A DNA stretch of 64,000 bases from an uncultured Legionellales bacterium (GTDB lineage: Bacteria > Pseudomonadota > Gammaproteobacteria > Eutrophobiales > Eutrophobiaceae): positions 27,702 to 91,701 of the forward strand of contig CAJWQR010000001.1 of the NCBI GenBank assembly GCA_913045195.1. Reading direction: 5' to 3'. The notes below the pieces were generated by a model. That model saw only the letters and a list, made by a program, of their open reading frames with translations. It was not told the DNA's origin and ran no database searches. This document shows, one piece after another, positions 40,591 to 53,068 of the stretch; positions within the stretch are counted from its first letter, which is position 1; each line of letters opens with the position of its first letter. The translations under genes and the position numbers were made by a program.

Positions 40591-41208
40591 ATGAAGCTTA
40601 AAATTGAAAAATCAGGTAAGAAACAAGCAAGCACTATGAGTGTTGCCGATAACGTTTTTGCCGCTAAATTTAATGAACCGCTGATTCATCAAGTTTTAGT
40701 TTCGTATATGGCAGGTTCTCGCTCAGGGACAAAAGCTCAAAAATCACGTTCAGAGGTTAGAGGTGGCGGGAAAAAGCCATGGCGTCAGAAAGGAACTGGT
40801 CGCGCAAGAGCCGGCACTATTCGAAGCCCGATATGGCGTGGCGGTGGAGTTACTTTTGCTGCTAAATCACGAGATTTTAGTAAAAAAATTAATAAGAAAA
40901 TGTTTCGTGGCGCGATGCGTTCAATTTTTTCTGAACTTGTTCGCCAAGAAAGATTTGTTTGTGTCGATGAATTCGATGTATCTGAGTCAAAAACAAAATT
41001 AGTTAAAGAGAAATTAGAGAAACTTGGCCTTAAAGAAGTATTAATTATCACAGAAGGGTTAAGTGAAAATCTTTATTTAGGCGTTAGAAATATTCCAAAG
41101 GTCGATGTTATGGATAGTAACGAGATCGATCCGTATTCATTGATTGGTTTTGAAAAAGTTTTAATAACACAGGCTGCAGTTGAAAAAGTAGAGGAATGGT
41201 TGTCATGA
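40591..41208 (+). CDS. rplD: 50S ribosomal protein L4
   Basis: 205 aa with [32 protein letters not shown]. Confidence 0.97.
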   Translation: MKLKIEKSGKKQASTMSVADNVFAAKFNEPLIHQVLVSYMAGSRSGTKAQKSRSEVRGGGKKPWRQKGTGRARAGTIRSPIWRGGGVTFAAKSRDFSKKINKKMFRGAMRSIFSELVRQERFVCVDEFDVSESKTKLVKEKLEKLGLKEVLIITEGLSENLYLGVRNIPKVDVMDSNEIDPYSLIGFEKVLITQAAVEKVEEWLS

Positions 41209-41504
41209 GTCAACAATCAATAATGTCTGTATTATTAGAGCCAAAAGTTACTGAAAAATCTAGCATGATTGGTGAATTAAATAATCAATATGTATTTAAA
41301 GTTTCAAAAAATGCGACAAAACCTGAAATAAAAAAGGCGGTCGAATTAATGTTTGAAGGGGCTGAAGTAGAATCAGTTCAGGTTGCAAATGTAAAAGGTA
41401 AAAGAAAGATTTTTAAACGATTACCAGGACAACGCGCTAATTGGAAGAAAGCGTATGTTAAGTTAAAGCCTGGTTTTGATATTGATTTTATGGGTACCGG
41501 GTAA
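41205..41504 (+). CDS. rplW: 50S ribosomal protein L23
   Basis: [20 protein letters not shown] matches the L23 N-terminus. ATGA overlap with the rplD stop. The SD GAGGA has good spacing to 41205, whereas the upstream ATG at 41196 has none. Confidence 0.9.
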   Translation: MSQQSIMSVLLEPKVTEKSSMIGELNNQYVFKVSKNATKPEIKKAVELMFEGAEVESVQVANVKGKRKIFKRLPGQRANWKKAYVKLKPGFDIDFMGTG

Positions 41505-41521
41505 GGGCGAGGCTTGAAAGA

Positions 41522-42358
41522 ATGGTATTAATTAATCCAAAACCGACATCTGCTGGCCGTCGTTCAATGATTAAAGTGGTCAGTCCGGAGCTTTATAAAG
41601 GCAAGCCTTACGAACCTTTATTGGAAAAACAGAATAAATATGCAGGGCGAAATAATAACGGTCGGATAACAGTACGACATCGTGGAGGAGGGTCTAAACA
41701 ACGTTATCGTCTAATAGATTTCAAGCGCGATAAAGATGGGTTACTAGCTAAAATTGAACACATTGAATATGACCCAAATAGAACGGCACATATAGCATTA
41801 TTATTATATGTCGATGGTGAAAGACGTTACATAATTGCGCCAAGTGGTATCAAGCCCGGCGACGAGGTAATGTCCGGGGCAGAGGCTGCGGTTCAGGTTG
41901 GTAATTGCATGCAAATGAAAGATATGCCTTTAGGTACAACTATTCATTGTATTGAATTGAAACCGGGCAAAGGTGCCCAGATTGCGCGAAGTGCAGGTTC
42001 ATCAGCTCAGTTAGTTGCTAAAGAAGGCCATCATGCAACAGTCAGATTACGTTCTGGTGAAATGCGTAAAATACTATCTGAATGTCGAGCCACAATTGGT
42101 GAAGTTAGTAATGCTGAACATCAATTACGTTCATTAGGTAAAGCAGGAGCAAAACGTTGGCGCGGTATACGCCCAACTGTTCGTGGTGTTGCGATGAATC
42201 CAGTTGATCATCCACACGGAGGAGGAGAAGGACGTACTTCTGGAGGACGTCATCCAGTGAGCCCGTGGGGGACACCAACGAAAGGTTATAAAACAAGAAA
42301 GAATAAACGAACTGATAACCTAATTGTTCGTAAAAGAAAATTACAGAGAGAGGAATAG
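41522..42358 (+). CDS. rplB: 50S ribosomal protein L2
   Basis: 278 aa with [16 protein letters not shown]. Confidence 0.97.
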   Translation: MVLINPKPTSAGRRSMIKVVSPELYKGKPYEPLLEKQNKYAGRNNNGRITVRHRGGGSKQRYRLIDFKRDKDGLLAKIEHIEYDPNRTAHIALLLYVDGERRYIIAPSGIKPGDEVMSGAEAAVQVGNCMQMKDMPLGTTIHCIELKPGKGAQIARSAGSSAQLVAKEGHHATVRLRSGEMRKILSECRATIGEVSNAEHQLRSLGKAGAKRWRGIRPTVRGVAMNPVDHPHGGGEGRTSGGRHPVSPWGTPTKGYKTRKNKRTDNLIVRKRKLQREE

Positions 42359-42627
42359 TGGCACGTTCAATTAAAAAAGGACCGTTCGTTGATTATCATC
42401 TTCTAAAAAAAATAGAAGTCGCAAAAGAAACAAACGATAAACGCCCAATTAAAACTTGGTCGCGTCGTTCAATGGTGATGCCCGAAATGATTGGCCTCAC
42501 AATTGCTGTACACAATGGCCGTGATCATATACCTATTTATGTTTCTGAAAATATGGTGGGGCATAAATTAGGCGAATTTGTACTTACTCGTACATTTCGC
42601 GGCCATTTTGCAGATAAAAAAACATAA
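42358..42627 (+). CDS. rpsS: 30S ribosomal protein S19
   Basis: GTG start overlapping the rpl[22 protein letters not shown]... Confidence 0.96.
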   Translation: MARSIKKGPFVDYHLLKKIEVAKETNDKRPIKTWSRRSMVMPEMIGLTIAVHNGRDHIPIYVSENMVGHKLGEFVLTRTFRGHFADKKT

Positions 42628-42645
42628 ATATTAGAAATATAAAAA

Positions 42646-42987
42646 ATGACAACATCAGCAACATTAAAGTTTACACATTTGGCACCGCAAAAAATGCGTT
42701 TGATAGCAGATCAAATACGCGGTATGTCAGCAGATCGCGCAGTTACTTTGCTTTCATTTAGTGATAAAAAAGGAGCAAAGATTGTTAAAAAAGTACTCGA
42801 ATCAGCAATAGCAAATGCTGAAAATAATGATGGCGCTGATATTGATGAGCTTAAAATAACGTCAGTGGAAGTAAATCAAGGCCCAACAATGAAGCGGTTA
42901 CGTCCACGTGCTAGAGGAAGAGCCGATAGAATTATAAAAAGAACTAGTCATTTAATTGTGAAAGTTTCTGAAAACGGGGAACAATAA
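42646..42987 (+). CDS. rplV: 50S ribosomal protein L22
   Basis: 113 aa L22. Confidence 0.96.
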   Translation: MTTSATLKFTHLAPQKMRLIADQIRGMSADRAVTLLSFSDKKGAKIVKKVLESAIANAENNDGADIDELKITSVEVNQGPTMKRLRPRARGRADRIIKRTSHLIVKVSENGEQ

Positions 42988-42992
42988 GTCTT

Positions 42993-43673
42993 ATGGGTCA
43001 AAAAGTACATCCAATAGGAATGCGTCTTGGTATTGTTAAAGATTGGACATCAACTTGGTATGCAGACAGTAAAAACTATGCTAATTATCTTAATGCGGAT
43101 ATAAAGGTTCGTGAGTATCTGCGTAAGAAGTTAGCTAATGCGTCTGTTAGCCGTATTCAAATTGAAAGACCAGCAGGTAATGCCCGAGTAATTATTTACA
43201 CAGCCCGACCTGGAATTGTAATAGGTAAAAAGGGTGAGGATATTGAGCGACTTCGTTTAGAAATTTCGAATATGATGGGTGTGCCTACACATGTTAGCGT
43301 CGAAGAAATTCGTAAACCTGAATTAGATGCGTTTCTTGTGGCGGAGAGTGTGGCCCAACAAATTGAGAGACGCATAATGTTCCGAAGAGCTATGAAGCGC
43401 GCCGTTACAAATACAATGCGATTAGGAGCGGAAGGTATCAAGATTACCGTAAGCGGCAGATTAAATGGAGCAGAAATAGCACGTACTGAATGGTATAGAG
43501 AAGGCCGAGTACCTCTGCATACATTACGCGCTGATATTGATTATGCAACAACTGAAGCAAGCACAACATATGGCATCATTGGGGTAAAAGTATGGCTCTT
43601 TAAAGGTGAAATCTTTGGTCATGAAAAAAATACAGAAGAACAAAATGAAAACGAGGTTACGACAAGTAAATAA
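42993..43673 (+). CDS. rpsC: 30S ribosomal protein S3
   Basis: [24 protein letters not shown]... Confidence 0.97.
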   Translation: MGQKVHPIGMRLGIVKDWTSTWYADSKNYANYLNADIKVREYLRKKLANASVSRIQIERPAGNARVIIYTARPGIVIGKKGEDIERLRLEISNMMGVPTHVSVEEIRKPELDAFLVAESVAQQIERRIMFRRAMKRAVTNTMRLGAEGIKITVSGRLNGAEIARTEWYREGRVPLHTLRADIDYATTEASTTYGIIGVKVWLFKGEIFGHEKNTEEQNENEVTTSK

Positions 43674-43685
43674 CAGGAATTAGAT

Positions 43686-44099
43686 GTGTTACAACCAAAA
43701 AGAACAAAATTCAGGAAACAAAATAAATCACGCAATCGCGGTTTAGCAACGATTGGTAATAAAGTGAGTTTTGGAGAGTATGGCCTAAAGGCGGTTGGAA
43801 GAGGGCGTATTACAGCTCGCCAAATTGAGGCTGCTCGACGAGCGCTCACACGAAAAGTAAAACGTGGTGCAAAAGTTTGGATTAGAATTTTTCCTGATAA
43901 GCCGATTACAAAAAAACCTTTAGAAGTTCGTCAAGGCAAAGGGAAAGGAAGTGTTGAGTATTGGGTTGCTCAAATTCAGCCTGGCAAAATGCTTTATGAA
44001 ATGGAAGGAGTCCCAGAGGAATTAGCACGCGAAGCTTTTCAGTTAGCAGCAGCAAAATTGCCGATTAAGACGACTTTTGTTGCAAGGACATTATTGTAA
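43686..44099 (+). CDS. rplP: 50S ribosomal protein L16
   Basis: GTG start. [12 protein letters not shown]... Confidence 0.97.
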   Translation: MLQPKRTKFRKQNKSRNRGLATIGNKVSFGEYGLKAVGRGRITARQIEAARRALTRKVKRGAKVWIRIFPDKPITKKPLEVRQGKGKGSVEYWVAQIQPGKMLYEMEGVPEELAREAFQLAAAKLPIKTTFVARTLL

Positions 44100-44308
44100 T
44101 GAAAACATTAGAACTAAGAGATAAAACAAATGAAGAATTACAAACTTTATTGCTAGAAGAGTTGCGTTCTCAATTTAATTTACGCATGAGAAAGGGAACC
44201 GGACAATTAGATAAACCTAGTGAAATAAAAAAAACTCGACGAAATATTGCGAGAATTAACACAGTCCTTAATGAAAAAAAGATTTTCTCGGATAAGGAAA
44301 AATCATGA
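44099..44308 (+). CDS. rpmC: 50S ribosomal protein L29
   Basis: 69 aa. TAATG overlap with rplP. Confidence 0.93.
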   Translation: MKTLELRDKTNEELQTLLLEELRSQFNLRMRKGTGQLDKPSEIKKTRRNIARINTVLNEKKIFSDKEKS

Positions 44309-44571
44309 GTACAGAAGTATTAAAAAGCAAGACAGTAACAGGCACAGTTATTGGTTCAAAAATGGATAAAACTATTTCTGTACGTATTGAAAGAACTGTA
44401 AAGCATCCTCTTTATGGAAAATATATACGACGCTCAACAAAAGTAATGGCTCATGACGAAATTAATGAATGCAATGAAGGTGATGTTGTGATTATAGAAT
44501 CATCACGTCCGTTATCTAAGAACAAATCATGGCGCTTACAGAAAGTTGTTAGTAAGGCACAAACCGTATAG
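44305..44571 (+). CDS. rpsQ: 30S ribosomal protein S17
   Basis: 88 aa. ATGA overlap with rpmC. Confidence 0.95.
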   Translation: MSTEVLKSKTVTGTVIGSKMDKTISVRIERTVKHPLYGKYIRRSTKVMAHDEINECNEGDVVIIESSRPLSKNKSWRLQKVVSKAQTV

Positions 44572-44592
44572 AGATCGGGAGATAGAGCGCTA

Positions 44593-44961
44593 ATGATACA
44601 GATGCAAACAATGCTTGATGCAGCAGATAATAGCGGGGCTCGTCGTTTGATGTGTGTAAAGGTTTTAGGTGGTTCAAAACGTCGATATGCAAATGTAGGT
44701 GATGTTATTAAGGTGAGCATTAAGGAAGCGATTCCTCGTGGAAAAGTAAAAAAAGGAGAAGTGTATAACGCAGTCGTAGTGCGTACTCGTAAAGGTGTTC
44801 GTAGAGGAGATGGTTCTTTGATACGTTTTGATGGTAATGCGGCGGTATTATTAAATACGCAGTTGCAACCGGTCGGAACCCGTATTTTTGGTCCTGTTAC
44901 ACGAGAATTACGCGGACTTAAGTTTATGAAAATTGTTTCTTTGGCGCCGGAGGTGCTCTAA
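44593..44961 (+). CDS. rplN: 50S ribosomal protein L14
   Basis: [28 protein letters not shown]... Confidence 0.97.
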   Translation: MIQMQTMLDAADNSGARRLMCVKVLGGSKRRYANVGDVIKVSIKEAIPRGKVKKGEVYNAVVVRTRKGVRRGDGSLIRFDGNAAVLLNTQLQPVGTRIFGPVTRELRGLKFMKIVSLAPEVL

Positions 44962-44963
44962 AA

Positions 44964-45284
44964 ATGAGTCGAGTCAAAAAAGGCGATGAAGTTATTGTGA
45001 TAGCAGGCCGGGATAAAGGTAAACGAGGCGTTGTTTTGTCGGTTATGGATGAGGTTAACAAGGTAATTATTGAGAATGTTAATATGATAAAACGGCACAC
45101 TAAGGGCAATCCAGCTCAAGGGGCTCCTGGTGGTATAGTCGAGAAAGAATCGCCAATTCACCAATCTAATGTGGCGATATGGAATCCAGTGACGAATAAA
45201 AATGACAGAATAGGATATAGACATTTAGAAGATGGTCAAAAAGTTCGTTACTTCAAGTCAAATAATGAAGTTGTGGATGTGTAG
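44964..45284 (+). CDS. rplX: 50S ribosomal protein L24
   Basis: 106 aa with a KOW motif ([16 protein letters not shown]). Confidence 0.96.
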   Translation: MSRVKKGDEVIVIAGRDKGKRGVVLSVMDEVNKVIIENVNMIKRHTKGNPAQGAPGGIVEKESPIHQSNVAIWNPVTNKNDRIGYRHLEDGQKVRYFKSNNEVVDV

Positions 45285-45295
45285 GAATTTTACTT

Positions 45296-45835
45296 ATGAC
45301 TACGCTACATGAACATTATAAGAATAACGTGATTAAAGAATTAACTGATCAATTTGGTTATAAATCGTGCATGCAAGTACCAAAAATAACTAAAGTCACT
45401 CTAAATATGGGTTTAGGAGAGGCTGTTGCTGACAAAAAAATTATCGAAAATGCGTTAGATGATATGACTAAGATCGCGGGACAAAAACCTATTGTCACTA
45501 AAGCTAGAAAATCTGTTGCAAATTTTAAAGTTCGTGAAGGATGGCCGATTGGATGCAAGGTTACATTAAGACGTCAGCGCATGTACGAATTTCTTGAACG
45601 CTTAATTTCTATAGCCATACCTCGTATTAGAGATTTCCGCGGTTTAAATGCAAAATCATTTGATGGGCGTGGTAATTATAGTATGGGAATTAAAGAGCAA
45701 ATCATTTTTCCTGAAATTGATTTTGATAAGATAGACTCTCTTCGGGGAATGGATATAACAATTACAACTTCTGCGCGTACAAATGAAGAAGCACGGGCAT
45801 TATTAACATCGTTTAAATTACCAATAAAGTCTTGA
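45296..45835 (+). CDS. rplE: 50S ribosomal protein L5
   Basis: 179 aa L5. Confidence 0.97.
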   Translation: MTTLHEHYKNNVIKELTDQFGYKSCMQVPKITKVTLNMGLGEAVADKKIIENALDDMTKIAGQKPIVTKARKSVANFKVREGWPIGCKVTLRRQRMYEFLERLISIAIPRIRDFRGLNAKSFDGRGNYSMGIKEQIIFPEIDFDKIDSLRGMDITITTSARTNEEARALLTSFKLPIKS

Positions 45836-45847
45836 GGTTTATTTGAT

Positions 45848-46153
45848 ATGGCAAAGTCTTGTATGGTTAATCGCGAAATAAAAAGAATTCGTTTAGTTAG
45901 TAAATTTTCTGCAAAAAGAGCCGAACTAAAAGCAGTAATTAAGAATACATCATTAAGTGAAGACGAGCGTAGAGAGGCTCGTGAGAAATTAAATAAAATG
46001 CCCAGAGATGCTAGCCCAATACGTATACGTAACCGTTGTAATATAACAGGCCGGGCTCATGGATATTATAGAAAATTTGGATTAGGGCGAAATAAATTAC
46101 GTGAAGCCGCAATGCGCGGCGATATACCTGGATTAGTTAAAGCAAGTTGGTGA
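45848..46153 (+). CDS. rpsN: 30S ribosomal protein S14
   Basis: 101 aa S14 ending ...[11 protein letters not shown]. Confidence 0.96.
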   Translation: MAKSCMVNREIKRIRLVSKFSAKRAELKAVIKNTSLSEDERREAREKLNKMPRDASPIRIRNRCNITGRAHGYYRKFGLGRNKLREAAMRGDIPGLVKASW

Positions 46154-46177
46154 AAAATTGAGAGAGAATTATAAATA

Positions 46178-46573
46178 ATGAGTATGTCAGACCCAATTTC
46201 CGATATGTTAACGCGAATTCGTAATTCATTGCAGCGTTATAAACGCGATGTAAATATACCTTCATCAAAATTGAAAGTTGCGATCGCAAATATACTTAAA
46301 CAAGAAGGCTATATCAAAGATTACAGAGTTGAAGAACACGATAATAGAGTAATATTAATTATTGAGTTGAAATACTTTGAAGGCAAGCCGGTTATAGAAT
46401 CGTTAAAACGAATTAGTCGTCCTAGTCTTCGGTCCTATAAGTCGACTAATGCATTACCAAAAGTGATGGGCGGTCTTGGTATAGCAATTATTTCTACAGC
46501 AAAGGGTGTAATGACAGATAAATCAGCACGAGAGCACGGTATTGGTGGCGAAGTGTTGTGCTATGTATCATAA
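46178..46573 (+). CDS. rpsH: 30S ribosomal protein S8
   Basis: [16 protein letters not shown]... Confidence 0.97.
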   Translation: MSMSDPISDMLTRIRNSLQRYKRDVNIPSSKLKVAIANILKQEGYIKDYRVEEHDNRVILIIELKYFEGKPVIESLKRISRPSLRSYKSTNALPKVMGGLGIAIISTAKGVMTDKSAREHGIGGEVLCYVS

Positions 46574-46588
46574 AAAAGGACTGAATTT

Positions 46589-47122
46589 ATGTCGAGAATA
46601 GCAAATAACCCAATAAATATACCTACTGGTGTCGATGTTAATATAGTCGGAAATTTAGTAACGATTAAAGGAAATAAAGGAGAATTATCGCATACTATCC
46701 ATCCTTTGATTAAGCTTGAGCAAATGGACAATGCATTGAAAACATCTACCAAGAACGATAGTAAGTTTGCTAAAGCACTTTCAGGAACAACACGCTCGCT
46801 TATTCAAAATATAGTAACAGGTGTAAGCGAAGGTTTTGAGCGTAAACTTGAAATTATTGGCGTTGGTTATCGTGCTGCAGTGTCGGGTAAAACATTAAAT
46901 TTAACTTTGGGATTTTCACATCCGGTTGTTTTTAAAATACCCGAAGGAATTACAATTGAAACACCTAGTCAAACTGAAATTTTAATTAAGGGCAGCGATA
47001 AACAACAAGTAGGCCAAGTCGCTGCAAATATTCGTTCATACCGGCCACCCGAACCATATAAAGGTAAAGGAGTTCGTTATTCTGATGAGCGGATTATTCG
47101 TAAAGAGGCAAAGAAGAGTTAG
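46589..47122 (+). CDS. rplF: 50S ribosomal protein L6
   Basis: 177 aa L6. Confidence 0.97.
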   Translation: MSRIANNPINIPTGVDVNIVGNLVTIKGNKGELSHTIHPLIKLEQMDNALKTSTKNDSKFAKALSGTTRSLIQNIVTGVSEGFERKLEIIGVGYRAAVSGKTLNLTLGFSHPVVFKIPEGITIETPSQTEILIKGSDKQQVGQVAANIRSYRPPEPYKGKGVRYSDERIIRKEAKKS

Positions 47123-47127
47123 TTAAT

Positions 47128-47481
47128 ATGAGTAAAAAAATAGATAGATTACGACGCGCAAAAAAGACACGAGCTAGAATTAAAAGACTCGGCACAGACC
47201 GTTTGTGTGTTCATAAAACAGCACGACATGTTTATGCGCAAGTCATCTCGTCAAATAGTTCGCAGGTGATTGTTAGCGCCTCGAGTTTAGATAAAGAAAT
47301 TAAGAGCCAAATTAAATATAGTGGAAATGTTGAAGCTGCGACAATTGTGGGGGGAATTTTGGCTAAACGTGCTAAAAAAGCTGGTGTAACAAAAGTTGCT
47401 TTTGATCGTTCAGGTTTTAAGTTTCACGGCCGCATTCAAGCACTTGCAAAAGCTGCGCGTGAAAATGGTATGCAATTTTAA
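47128..47481 (+). CDS. rplR: 50S ribosomal protein L18
   Basis: 117 aa L18. Confidence 0.96.
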   Translation: MSKKIDRLRRAKKTRARIKRLGTDRLCVHKTARHVYAQVISSNSSQVIVSASSLDKEIKSQIKYSGNVEAATIVGGILAKRAKKAGVTKVAFDRSGFKFHGRIQALAKAARENGMQF

Positions 47482-47492
47482 GAGATGAATTT

Positions 47493-47999
47493 ATGAAATT
47501 AGAAAATTCAATAACGGGTAACGAAGATCTTCAAGAGAAGCTTGTGGCAGTTAATAGGGTTGCCAAAGTAGTTAAAGGAGGTCGTCAATTTGGTTTTGCA
47601 GCATTAACTGTCGTTGGCGATGGTAATGGACGAGTCGGTATAGGGCGAGGTAAATCTCGCGAAGTACCTCTTGCCATACAAAAGGCAATGGAAGATGCAC
47701 GCCGTAGCATGGTCTCTGTATCAGTTAATGAAGGAACACTCCAATACGCAATTACCTCAGAATATGGTGCGGCCAAAGTCTATATGCAGCCAGCTTCAGA
47801 AGGTACCGGAATTATTGCGGGTGGTCCAATGCGAGCAGTTTTTGAGGTAGTAGGTATAAATAATGTTTTAGCAAAGTCGATTGGCTCAACAAATCCAATT
47901 AATGTAATTCGAGCGACTATTAAAGGACTTGAATTAATGTCTTCACCTGAGTATATAGCGGCAAAACGCGGAAAATCTATAAAAGAAGTAATTAGTTAA
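47493..47999 (+). CDS. rpsE: 30S ribosomal protein S5
   Basis: [37 protein letters not shown]. Confidence 0.97.
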   Translation: MKLENSITGNEDLQEKLVAVNRVAKVVKGGRQFGFAALTVVGDGNGRVGIGRGKSREVPLAIQKAMEDARRSMVSVSVNEGTLQYAITSEYGAAKVYMQPASEGTGIIAGGPMRAVFEVVGINNVLAKSIGSTNPINVIRATIKGLELMSSPEYIAAKRGKSIKEVIS

Positions 48000-48001
48000 T
48001 T

Positions 48002-48256
48002 ATGGCCAAGAAAAAGAAAAAATCTGTTAGCAAGAAAAAGAAAGAATCTGTTAGCAAGAAAAAGAAAGAATCTGTTAGCAAGATAAAGATCACGCTAGTT
48101 AAAAGCGTTAATCGACGAACGAAACAACATAGATCTTGTGTTAGTGGGCTTGGTCTGCGCCGCATAGGACATAGCGTCATTGTTGACGACACACCAGAGA
48201 TACGAGGCATGATTGACAAAGCATATTATTTGCTAGCTGTTGAGGAGGAAGCATAA
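48002..48256 (+). CDS. rpmD: 50S ribosomal protein L30 with an N-terminal lysine-rich repeat insertion
   Basis: The conserved L30 core (IKITLVKS...[23 protein letters not shown]) is preceded by MAK + [24 protein letters not shown]. It is 84 aa against about 59 aa for typical L30. There is no alternative in-frame start downstream. Confidence 0.9.
   Translation: MAKKKKKSVSKKKKESVSKKKKESVSKIKITLVKSVNRRTKQHRSCVSGLGLRRIGHSVIVDDTPEIRGMIDKAYYLLAVEEEA
48021..48086 (+). repeat. perfect 24-nt in-frame tandem repeat (about 2.7 copies) at the 5' end of rpmD
   Basis: The unit aatctgttagcaagaaaaagaaag is identical at 48021-48044 and 48045-48068, with a degenerate partial third copy from 48069. It encodes (SVSKKKKE)n. 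Confidence 0.9.
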
Positions 48257-48260
48257 ACTG

Positions 48261-48695
48261 ATGCGTTTAAATACACTTAAGCCTCACCCCGGATCAACTT
48301 CAAACGCAAAACGTGCCGGTCGCGGAATTGGCTCAACTATTGGTAAGACTAGCGGTCGCGGGCATAAAGGTCAAAAGTCTCGCGCTGGAGGGTATCATAA
48401 GGTTGGCTTTGAAGGCGGACAAATGCCGTTACAAAGACGTTTACCAAAAGTTGGATTTAGTTCTCGTATAAGTCGTGTTACGACTGAAATACGTTTACAC
48501 GAATTAGCTAACTTAGATGCTGATGTTATCGATCTTCAATTGCTTAAATCAGCACATTTGATTAATAAAAATATATTGCGTGTGAAGATTATCTTGTCAG
48601 GAAAATTAGAGAAACCTATAACAGTAAAAGGTCTTATGGTTACGAAAGGCGCAAAAAACGCAATTGAAGCTGCTGGCGGGAAGGTAGAAGAATAA
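48261..48695 (+). CDS. rplO: 50S ribosomal protein L15
   Basis: [12 protein letters not shown]...GRGIGS matches the L15 N-terminus. The ORF-track TTG at 48240 would add 7 residues and overlap rpmD, so the ATG at 48261 (SD GGAGG upstream) is preferred. Confidence 0.93.
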   Translation: MRLNTLKPHPGSTSNAKRAGRGIGSTIGKTSGRGHKGQKSRAGGYHKVGFEGGQMPLQRRLPKVGFSSRISRVTTEIRLHELANLDADVIDLQLLKSAHLINKNILRVKIILSGKLEKPITVKGLMVTKGAKNAIEAAGGKVEE

Positions 48696-50039
48696 ATGGC
48701 AAAATCTAATTCAGCAATTCCCGGAGGACTTGCCGGTCTTGGGCAATTAAAAGAACTACGACAACGACTTTTCTTTGTTTTGGTTGCTTTATTTGTTTAT
48801 AGGGTTGCAACACATATCCCAGTTCCAGGGATTAATCCTGTTGCATTGGCTGAATTATTTAATCAGCAGCGAGGAACGATATTGGATATGTTTAATATGT
48901 TTTCGGGTGGAGCACTGAGTCGTTTTTCGGTGGTAGCGCTTGGTATTATGCCTTACATATCCGCATCAATTATTATGCAATTATTGTCAGTTGTTGATCC
49001 AAAATTAAAGCAGCTTAAAAAAGAAGGCGAAACGGGGCGTAAAAAAATTACGCAATATACTCGGTACGGCACAGTCATATTAGCGACGTTTCAAGCTTTT
49101 GGTGTTGCAATTGCATTGGAGGGGCAACAGGCAACAGGGCAAGCAGTTGTTATGGACCCAGGTATTGGATTTAGAGTAGTTGCAATTACCACACTAGTAA
49201 CAGGTACGATGTTTTTAATGTGGTTGGGCGAGCAAATAACAGAGCGGGGGATTGGAAACGGTATTTCAATGATAATCTTTGCTGGTATTGTGGCAGGTTT
49301 GCCCTCTGCTATTGGTGGAACATTGGAGCTATCGAGAACAGGTGAAATGCATTTGTTAGCAGTGTTTGGATTATTTGCATTAGCAATCGCAGTGACCGGG
49401 TTTGTTGTTTTTGTAGAGCGAGGACAAAGAAGAATAACTGTTAACTATGCAAAACGGCAAGTTGGTAGAAAAATGTATGGTGGGCAGGCAAGTCATTTAC
49501 CATTAAAGTTAAATATGGCCGGAGTAATCCCGCCGATATTTGCCTCAAGTTTGATATTATTTCCTGCTACAATTGCCGGTTGGTTTAGTCAAAGTGAGGG
49601 CATGGGCTGGTTGCAGGATTTTGCAACTACATTATCACCAGGCCAACCAATTTATGTTTTGTGTTATGCAGCAGGAATTATTTTCTTCTGTTTCTTTTAT
49701 ACGGCCATGGTATTTGATCCAAGTGAGACTGCAGACAATTTAAAAAAATCAGGAGCTTTTATTCCCGGCATGCGACCTGGGGAACAAACAGCAAATTATC
49801 TTGATAAAGTGTTAACAAAATTAACTCTCGCGGGCGCTGTTTATATAACTTCTGTTTGTTTATTACCTGAATTTCTCATAGTGAAATTCAATGTGCCATT
49901 TTATTTTGGCGGGACATCACTATTAATTATTGTCGTGGTCGTAATGGATTTTATGTCACAAATACAAGCGCATTTGATGTCTCATCAATATGAGGGACTT
50001 ATGAAAAAGGCTAATCTAAAGGGGCATGGCAGACGTTAA
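48696..50039 (+). CDS. secY: preprotein translocase subunit SecY
   Basis: 447 aa, 10 transmembrane segments, highly conserved ([39 protein letters not shown]). Confidence 0.98.
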   Translation: MAKSNSAIPGGLAGLGQLKELRQRLFFVLVALFVYRVATHIPVPGINPVALAELFNQQRGTILDMFNMFSGGALSRFSVVALGIMPYISASIIMQLLSVVDPKLKQLKKEGETGRKKITQYTRYGTVILATFQAFGVAIALEGQQATGQAVVMDPGIGFRVVAITTLVTGTMFLMWLGEQITERGIGNGISMIIFAGIVAGLPSAIGGTLELSRTGEMHLLAVFGLFALAIAVTGFVVFVERGQRRITVNYAKRQVGRKMYGGQASHLPLKLNMAGVIPPIFASSLILFPATIAGWFSQSEGMGWLQDFATTLSPGQPIYVLCYAAGIIFFCFFYTAMVFDPSETADNLKKSGAFIPGMRPGEQTANYLDKVLTKLTLAGAVYITSVCLLPEFLIVKFNVPFYFGGTSLLIIVVVVMDFMSQIQAHLMSHQYEGLMKKANLKGHGRR

Positions 50040-50064
50040 TTTAACGATCTGTATGGAGAAATAT

Positions 50065-50178
50065 ATGAAAGTTAGAGCATCAGTGAAAAGGATTTGTCGT
50101 AACTGCAAGATAATTCGACGTAACCGGGTTGTACGTGTAATTTGTTCTGATCCTCGCCATAAACAACGTCAAGGCTAA
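50065..50178 (+). CDS. rpmJ: 50S ribosomal protein L36
   Basis: Not in the ORF track because it is under 60 aa. The ATG at 50065 after GGAGAA gives [37 protein letters not shown] (37 aa), a canonical Zn-ribbon L36. Confidence 0.93.
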   Translation: MKVRASVKRICRNCKIIRRNRVVRVICSDPRHKQRQG

Positions 50179-50209
50179 ATTAAAAAAAATCAATGGAGAT
50201 TGTAGAATA

Positions 50210-50566
50210 ATGGCACGTATTGCAGGAGTTAACATTCCAGATAACAAGCATCTAAATATTGCTTTGACATATATATATGGCATTGGGCTTAATCGAGCTC
50301 AGAGTATTTGTAACACGCTAGGCTTGAAGTATTCAATCAAAGTAAATCAGTTGTCAGAACCTGATTTAGATAACATACGTACCGAGGTGGGCAAATTTAA
50401 TCTTGAAGGTGATTTGCGTAGAGAAGTGTCGATGAATATCAAACGTTTAATGGACCTTGGCACAAATCGTGGAATTCGCCATCGTCGGGGATTACCAGTT
50501 CGAGGGCAACGTACTAGTACAAACGCGCGTACTCGTAAAGGCCCAAAGAAAATGATCAAAAAATAA
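50210..50566 (+). CDS. rpsM: 30S ribosomal protein S13
   Basis: [14 protein letters not shown]... Confidence 0.97.
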   Translation: MARIAGVNIPDNKHLNIALTYIYGIGLNRAQSICNTLGLKYSIKVNQLSEPDLDNIRTEVGKFNLEGDLRREVSMNIKRLMDLGTNRGIRHRRGLPVRGQRTSTNARTRKGPKKMIKK

Positions 50567-50584
50567 ATAGGTTTTAATATAATT

Positions 50585-50974
50585 ATGGCAAAAACAGCAA
50601 CAAAGAGTCGTAAACGTATAAAGAGAAATGTTCTCGATGGTATTGCTCATATACACGCTTCATTTAATAATACTATTATCACAATTACTGATCGCGAAGG
50701 TAATACACTTTCATGGGCTACTTCAGGTGGAAGCGGATTCCGCGGTTCACGTAAAAGCACTCCATTCGCCGCTCAAATTGCTTCCCAAAAAGCAGGGGAA
50801 GCTGCAAAAGAATTTGGTCTGGAGAACTTAGAAGTTTTTATAAAAGGTCCTGGGCCCGGTCGTGAATCAGCAGTTCGAGCACTTAACACAGTCGGATTTA
50901 AAATCACCAACATCACTGATGTAACTCCGATTCCGCATAATGGATGTCGTCCGCCTAAAAGGCGTCGAGTTTAA
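50585..50974 (+). CDS. rpsK: 30S ribosomal protein S11
   Basis: 129 aa S11. Confidence 0.97.
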   Translation: MAKTATKSRKRIKRNVLDGIAHIHASFNNTIITITDREGNTLSWATSGGSGFRGSRKSTPFAAQIASQKAGEAAKEFGLENLEVFIKGPGPGRESAVRALNTVGFKITNITDVTPIPHNGCRPPKRRRV

Positions 50975-50989
50975 CTCAGGAGTTTAATT

Positions 50990-51610
50990 ATGGCACGTTA
51001 TCTGGGACCAAAATGTAAACTTAGTCGGCGTGAAGGAACAGATTTATTCTTAAAAAGTCGTTCTAGACCAATCGAATCTAAATGTCAGATTGATAAGACG
51101 CCTGGAATGGGAAGTAAACGTCCAGGGAGGATGTCGGACTATGCTTTACAATTAAGAGAAAAACAAAAATTACGCCGTATTTATGGTGTTCTAGAAAAAC
51201 AATTTCGCAGATATTATAAAGAAGCAGCTCGTCAGAAAGGATCAACTGGCGAGAATTTACTTCAGATTTTAGAATGTCGATTGGATAATGTTGTATATCG
51301 CATGGGCTTTGGCTCTACTCGCAATGAAGCGCGTCAATTAATAAGTCACAAAACGATTTTAGTTAATGATAAAAGCGTGAATATAGCTTCTTTTCAAGTA
51401 AGGCCAAGCGACAAAGTTACTGTTAGAGAAAAAAGTAAGAAGCAATTAAGGATTCAGGATGCCTTAAGTGTTGCAGAACAATATGGATTCCCCGATTGGG
51501 TTGAAGTTACCGCCAAGAGTATGGAAGGCGTTTTTAAATCTATTCCAGACAGAAGTGAACTTCCTTCTGAAATTAATGAACAGTTAGTTGTTGAGCTGTA
51601 TTCTAAGTAA
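50990..51610 (+). CDS. rpsD: 30S ribosomal protein S4
   Basis: [23 protein letters not shown]... Confidence 0.97.
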   Translation: MARYLGPKCKLSRREGTDLFLKSRSRPIESKCQIDKTPGMGSKRPGRMSDYALQLREKQKLRRIYGVLEKQFRRYYKEAARQKGSTGENLLQILECRLDNVVYRMGFGSTRNEARQLISHKTILVNDKSVNIASFQVRPSDKVTVREKSKKQLRIQDALSVAEQYGFPDWVEVTAKSMEGVFKSIPDRSELPSEINEQLVVELYSK

Positions 51611-51634
51611 TTAACGTGTGGAGGATTATCACGT

Positions 51635-52642
51635 ATGTCAACGATAATTAAAGAATTGTTAAAACCGCGTAAATGCCAAGTAGAGGAAATAAATAGTACT
51701 TCTGCAAAAATTATTATTGAACCATTAGAAAGAGGTTTTGGGCACACACTTGGTAATGCATTACGTCGAGTTTTATTATCATCAATGCCAGGTTGTGCTG
51801 TCACTGAGCTTGAGATTATTGAGCCTGAAGTATTGCATGAATACACAACAATGGAAGGTGTTCAGGAAGATGTTACGGATATTATTCTCAATCTTAAGGG
51901 TCTTGCTATTATTATGCATTCAAAGGATGAGGCAACACTAACTCTGAAGAAAAGCGGCCCAGGAGAAGTATGCGCAAGAGATATTACTGTTGATCATGAT
52001 GTGGAAATTGCAAATCCTGATCACCCAATTGCTAATTTAACGAAAGCAGGACAATTAAGCATGGTCATGAAGGTCGTTCGTGGCCGCGGTTACAAGCCTG
52101 TTATTGTTGGCGGGAAAGACGAAGTTGAACAAACTATTGGAAAAATAAAATTAGATGCTTCGTTTAGTCCGGTTAGTCGTGTTTCATATGATGTAGGTAA
52201 TTCACGAGTTGAGCAACGCACTGACTTAGATAAATTAATTATAGAATTAGAAACAGACGGGACAATTGATCCAAATGATGCTATTCGTGAGGCAGCAACA
52301 ATATTACGTTCCCAGTTAGTTATTTTTGTTGATCTTGAAGCGGAAGAAGCAATTGAAGCAAGCAAAAATAGTGAGCCCGAAGTAGACCCAATTTTATTAC
52401 GACCAGTTGATGATTTAGAGTTAACTGTACGTTCTGCAAACTGCTTGAAAGCAGAAAGCATTTATTATATTGGTGATTTGATTCAGCGCACTGAAGTTGA
52501 ACTTCTAAAAACTCCTAATTTAGGCAGAAAGTCATTAACTGAAATAAAAGATATACTGGCCTCACGTGGCTTATCTTTAGGAATGCATTTAGATAATTGG
52601 CCGCCAGCTGGATTTAATAATCAAGAAAGTGTATCCATATAA
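51635..52642 (+). CDS. rpoA: DNA-directed RNA polymerase subunit alpha
   Basis: 335 aa with [24 protein letters not shown]. Confidence 0.98.
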   Translation: MSTIIKELLKPRKCQVEEINSTSAKIIIEPLERGFGHTLGNALRRVLLSSMPGCAVTELEIIEPEVLHEYTTMEGVQEDVTDIILNLKGLAIIMHSKDEATLTLKKSGPGEVCARDITVDHDVEIANPDHPIANLTKAGQLSMVMKVVRGRGYKPVIVGGKDEVEQTIGKIKLDASFSPVSRVSYDVGNSRVEQRTDLDKLIIELETDGTIDPNDAIREAATILRSQLVIFVDLEAEEAIEASKNSEPEVDPILLRPVDDLELTVRSANCLKAESIYYIGDLIQRTEVELLKTPNLGRKSLTEIKDILASRGLSLGMHLDNWPPAGFNNQESVSI

Positions 52643-52662
52643 TTTGAAGAGAGAAAAAAGTA

Positions 52663-53049
52663 ATGCGTCATCGTGAAAGTGGTAGGAAATTAAATCGTAA
52701 CAGTTCTCATCGTAAAGCTATGTTTAGGAATATGGCTATATCTCTAATAGAACATGAGATGATTAAAACTACCTTACCAAAAGCAAAAGAACTACGCCGG
52801 ATTGCTGAACCATTAATTACAATGGCAAAAATTGACAATGTCGCAAAAAGACGTCTCGCATTTTCTCGTCTTCGCGACAGAAATATTGTTACAAAATTAT
52901 TTAATGAGTTAGGCCCGCGTTATAAAGAACGTCCCGGAGGTTATTTGCGTATATTAAAATGTGGTTTTCGAGCCGGCGATAAAGCAGCAATGGCAATTGT
53001 TGAATTGGTGGATAGACCGCGAATACAAGATAATGAGACAACTAAATAA
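52663..53049 (+). CDS. rplQ: 50S ribosomal protein L17
   Basis: 128 aa L17 ([24 protein letters not shown]). Confidence 0.97.
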   Translation: MRHRESGRKLNRNSSHRKAMFRNMAISLIEHEMIKTTLPKAKELRRIAEPLITMAKIDNVAKRRLAFSRLRDRNIVTKLFNELGPRYKERPGGYLRILKCGFRAGDKAAMAIVELVDRPRIQDNETTK

Positions 53050-53068
53050 TAGTAATAAAATTTAGCAA

